A DNA stretch of 64,000 bases, from NCBI GenBank assembly GCA_040954595.2, contig CM082598.2, positions 4,221,837-4,285,836 on the forward strand, written 5' to 3'. The stretch is from Balanoglossus misakiensis (taxonomy: Eukaryota > Animalia > Hemichordata). The stretch's first letter is position 1. Each line of letters opens with the position of its first letter. Below are positions 61,001 to 64,000 of this stretch, piece after piece. A program made the translations under genes and the position numbers. Under the pieces are notes generated by a model. That model made no database searches. It was not told the DNA's origin and saw nothing but the letters and a program-made list of their open reading frames with translations.

Positions 61001-63586
61001 GTAATACACGCCGTCAGTGACAGTCTTCATTTCCAACCTCTTCTTGCATTGCTGTAGGTAATAAATCAAATAGCTGATTCACATTTTAAAGGTATACGGT
61101 CACCTACGGAAAATTAGCTATAGTTACCATGGCAAATTGAGATCTAGCCAATCACAGATTTTCAGTGGGTGGCACACGCAAAAAAAAGAGCGCCACCATA
61201 TGTTCTTTAGAATACTCAAATACGCTATTTCAGCCATATATGGGCGTATGTAAATTGGAGGTGACTGTATACCTTTAACCCACTAAACACCACATTTAAG
61301 TTAACAATGCTACATGTATACCTATGAGAAAATGGTCACTAGGGAAAGCTAGAGTCATGTTAGGTGCTTTTTCCCAATGATTAAAATACAGCGAGTTTAT
61401 GAAGTCCTAGAATGAAACTTCTGCCACTTGATAATAATCACTGGTTGCAGCTCAGTTTATGCAATGCATATCGGCAAGAAACATATACCTGTTGCATATC
61501 AGAAAACTGTGCGAGTACAGCTTCAGGAACCAACAATTCAACATACATTACAAGTATTTAATTTGACACACAAAATGGTAAGAATTAAGAAGTTTTGCCC
61601 CCCCCCCCCCCCCCCCCCCAGTGTTAACTTTTATTTGACATAAACATATTTTGGATGAAGAAAAAAAAGCCAGTACCCTATTGGTCAGTCAGTACATTAC
61701 AAAAGGCATAGTGCTTCCTCCTTGGCACTTTGCATGGAAAATGATAAATCAAATAATTAGTGACTACAGTACCTCCAGTAAATTTTTCAGAAGACAGATG
61801 TCTTCATTCTTCACTGCTTTCGTGGCCATGGCGACCGCTTCATTTCCTTGTTTCAAAAGGATGTGTTTTATTCCCATTATGTGAGTGTACCGATACTGTC
61901 AAGGAATGATGATAAAACAGTGGTATTACAAGTTGCCATCATCTAGTAAACCGGGAAATTTTGGCAGCGAGAACTTTTCACGATATCAACAGAGGTGACC
62001 ATTTTGCAAAGATGAATTTTCATCTTATTTGTTATACATTTCACAATATCAACCACACTGATCTCAAAAATTGTCACATCATTTTATTTTTGCGTTTTTC
62101 AGACGGATGCATTCACAAAAATTTATCAGTTGCGAAAATTTCCCAATTTACATCACTGTACTGCTAATAGTGCTTAGCATATAACAATGCAAATCCAGAA
62201 TTTATGAAAAGGATAGGATATACATCAATCAAATTAGCCATTTTCGAGCTGTCCTTATCAAGCCAAGAACCAGACAACAGTCATACACTTATAAACAGAG
62301 AGACAGACAGACAAACAGACAGACAACAGACAGAAACATTGGTGCAGTATAAGTTGACCAAGGAAGCTAAATATGCCTAATACTAGTATTAAGACAAAAA
62401 GGAGATTTCAAAATTCAATACATACTGTATCCGTTGAAAGGCTAGCATCACAGAAGGAACAATATCTCCTTTTCTGACCAAGTTCGTCTTCTTCGACCAC
62501 TTTTTCACATTGGCTCTGCAAAGACACATGAGGAATCAACTCGTGTGGTCCAAACTGAGACCTACTGCACCAACTCACATAGCCAGCAAGTGATGAGTGG
62601 GCAATTTTTGCTAAATTGATATTTTAACAAAGCAGAAATGTCCAAAAATTGGTCAAATTCAGCGCAGTAATTTGACAGAAAGCCCAACTCCAGTAATCTG
62701 CTAAATATTAAATAATTTAGAATGAATGAACTAGAGAACCTCGTACTACAAACCGTGCCTTCACGATTGATATGGAGTACTATGGCCCACACGACCGCAC
62801 ATTGAAAAATCACTACATATACAGATTACAAATGATTTGGCAATAACATTTTCTGACTACTTACACCTTGCTCAAAAGCACGGTCTCGTTCTGACGGTTT
62901 GCAGAGGTCGTCAATGATCTTACGGAAATGGCCGATACGTTCATATATATCAAACCAAGCTTCGTGCGTTCTCATCTCCATGTGATCTTCAATCTATAAA
63001 ACAATCATTAAATAGACTGATTGGTTGATGCAGTGATTTATTCATTCATCCTGTATGTAAATACGGTCAAAAACGCACATTTTAAACAATATTTTGGTTA
63101 TTATAACCAATAAATTCATTGTGAGGTATGAATATATGAAAGTAATGGCAGAAACTCGGTAATTTCTCCAGACAAAAGAGAGAAAAAAAATCCACCATGA
63201 CTAGTATATTTATTAATACTTACTGGATTCAGTATGGGTATACAACAAAGCAAGCAAAACTTCTCATGATGCAGTTTTGACAATCTCTCTTCAAATGCAA
63301 ATGATAGTATTTCCTGTTTAAACAATAAAAAAGATAGCTGAGAAAAATGTATGTATGTATGTATGTATGTATGTACGTACATGTACATACATATTCCAAG
63401 TAGTGAAAATAGCAATGTGTGACAATGAAAATATTATACAGACAGACTTAAAATGAAAGCAAATAGTTCAACTTAAATTAGCTTTCCGGAAAGTAATAAT
63501 TTTCACAAGCTATTAACAGTAAGGACTTGATCGTGACGTACCTGCACATTTATCTCGTCAAGAATTTTTTGATATTGATCACTGTT
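58085..63586 (-). CDS. Matrin/U1-type zinc-finger protein (ZNF638/CIZ1/matrin-3-like); 3' part only, 5' end lies beyond the window
   Basis: Exons 63542-63586, 62865-62993, 62426-62515, 61773-61895, 60965-61051, 58915-60538, 58659-58774, 58085-58168; fingers CSFC..HIMGIKH, CYTC..HIKSSQH; acidic region with FVVIDEL; C-terminal YSPGIAYG..CLMCEKF..HCKTKFH. Confidence 0.75.
58312..58552. mobile_element. MITE in the last intron of the zinc-finger gene
   Basis: TTAA-AGGAAAGGGGTCGGCGCGCC ... GGCGCGACCATACCTTCCCTT imperfect TIRs; shares internal sequence with 12535-12730. Confidence 0.6.
60676..60783. repeat. 27-bp perfect tandem repeat x4
   Basis: CCATTTAAACTCTAAAATTAATTTTCA. Confidence 0.9.
61090..61274. 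mobile_element. MITE family B, full-length copy
   Basis: TTAA-AGGTATACGGTCACC...GGTGACTGTATACCT-TTAA. Confidence 0.88.
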
Positions 63587-64000
63587 CTGTAATTGAAGAG
63601 AGAAACATATTTGACCTCATCATATGACATCATATTACAAGCATTAATCTAATGAGTTTGTGGTGTTCTGAAGTGATGCCCAATGTGTCCTTAGATGTGT
63701 CCTTATAGTATAACGTTATTCACAAATGTGACAACCCACAGCAAATCTATTTTCTTGTGTAAAGGTTTATTAATGCAATTTCATGGCAAAAATTTTTGTA
63801 AAGAGCCCTCTACAGATGCCACACCCATTTATTCAACAAACCATTGAAAAAGTTCACAACTGTCGTGGCATCTGCACATGGGTTTATAAAATCCCAACAA
63901 AGTCAAAATAGTGCCATTTGTCAACTTTCGGATAAAGTATTTTATTGATTTAAAAAATATTGTAAAATTGGCAGCTATTGAGACTTAAAGGTATACGGTC

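Overview
Eukaryotic (animal) genomic DNA, AT-rich, with GT-AG introns and many MITEs. The gene content suggests a marine invertebrate, possibly a non-vertebrate deuterostome (inference only). Bases 1-12.7 kb are repeat-dominated: minisatellites, a ~98-bp satellite array, an L2/CR1 LINE tail and a ~1.7-kb foldback palindrome. I reconstructed ten genes by hand from splice sites: a Drosophila-type (type 1, light-sensitive) cryptochrome with an adjacent E-box/D-box promoter module; ALKBH3 head-to-head with BORCS5; two paralogous genes for predicted N-myristoylated fibronectin-III + G2E3-like HECT E3 ligases (an unusual architecture); a divergent pair of secreted single-cysteine DsbA/thioredoxin-fold genes; an intronless FBXL3/FBXL21/FBXL8-like F-box gene; a rho-class GST with perfect ARE/MARE sites; and the 3' part of a matrin-type zinc-finger gene. 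Best candidates for novelty: the lipid-anchored FN3-HECT pair bracketing the DsbA pair and F-box gene; physical linkage of a type-1 CRY to an FBXL3-family ligase; and a CCAAT + RFX-like module shared between the satellite and a MITE family. All family assignments rest on motif recognition, not database searches.
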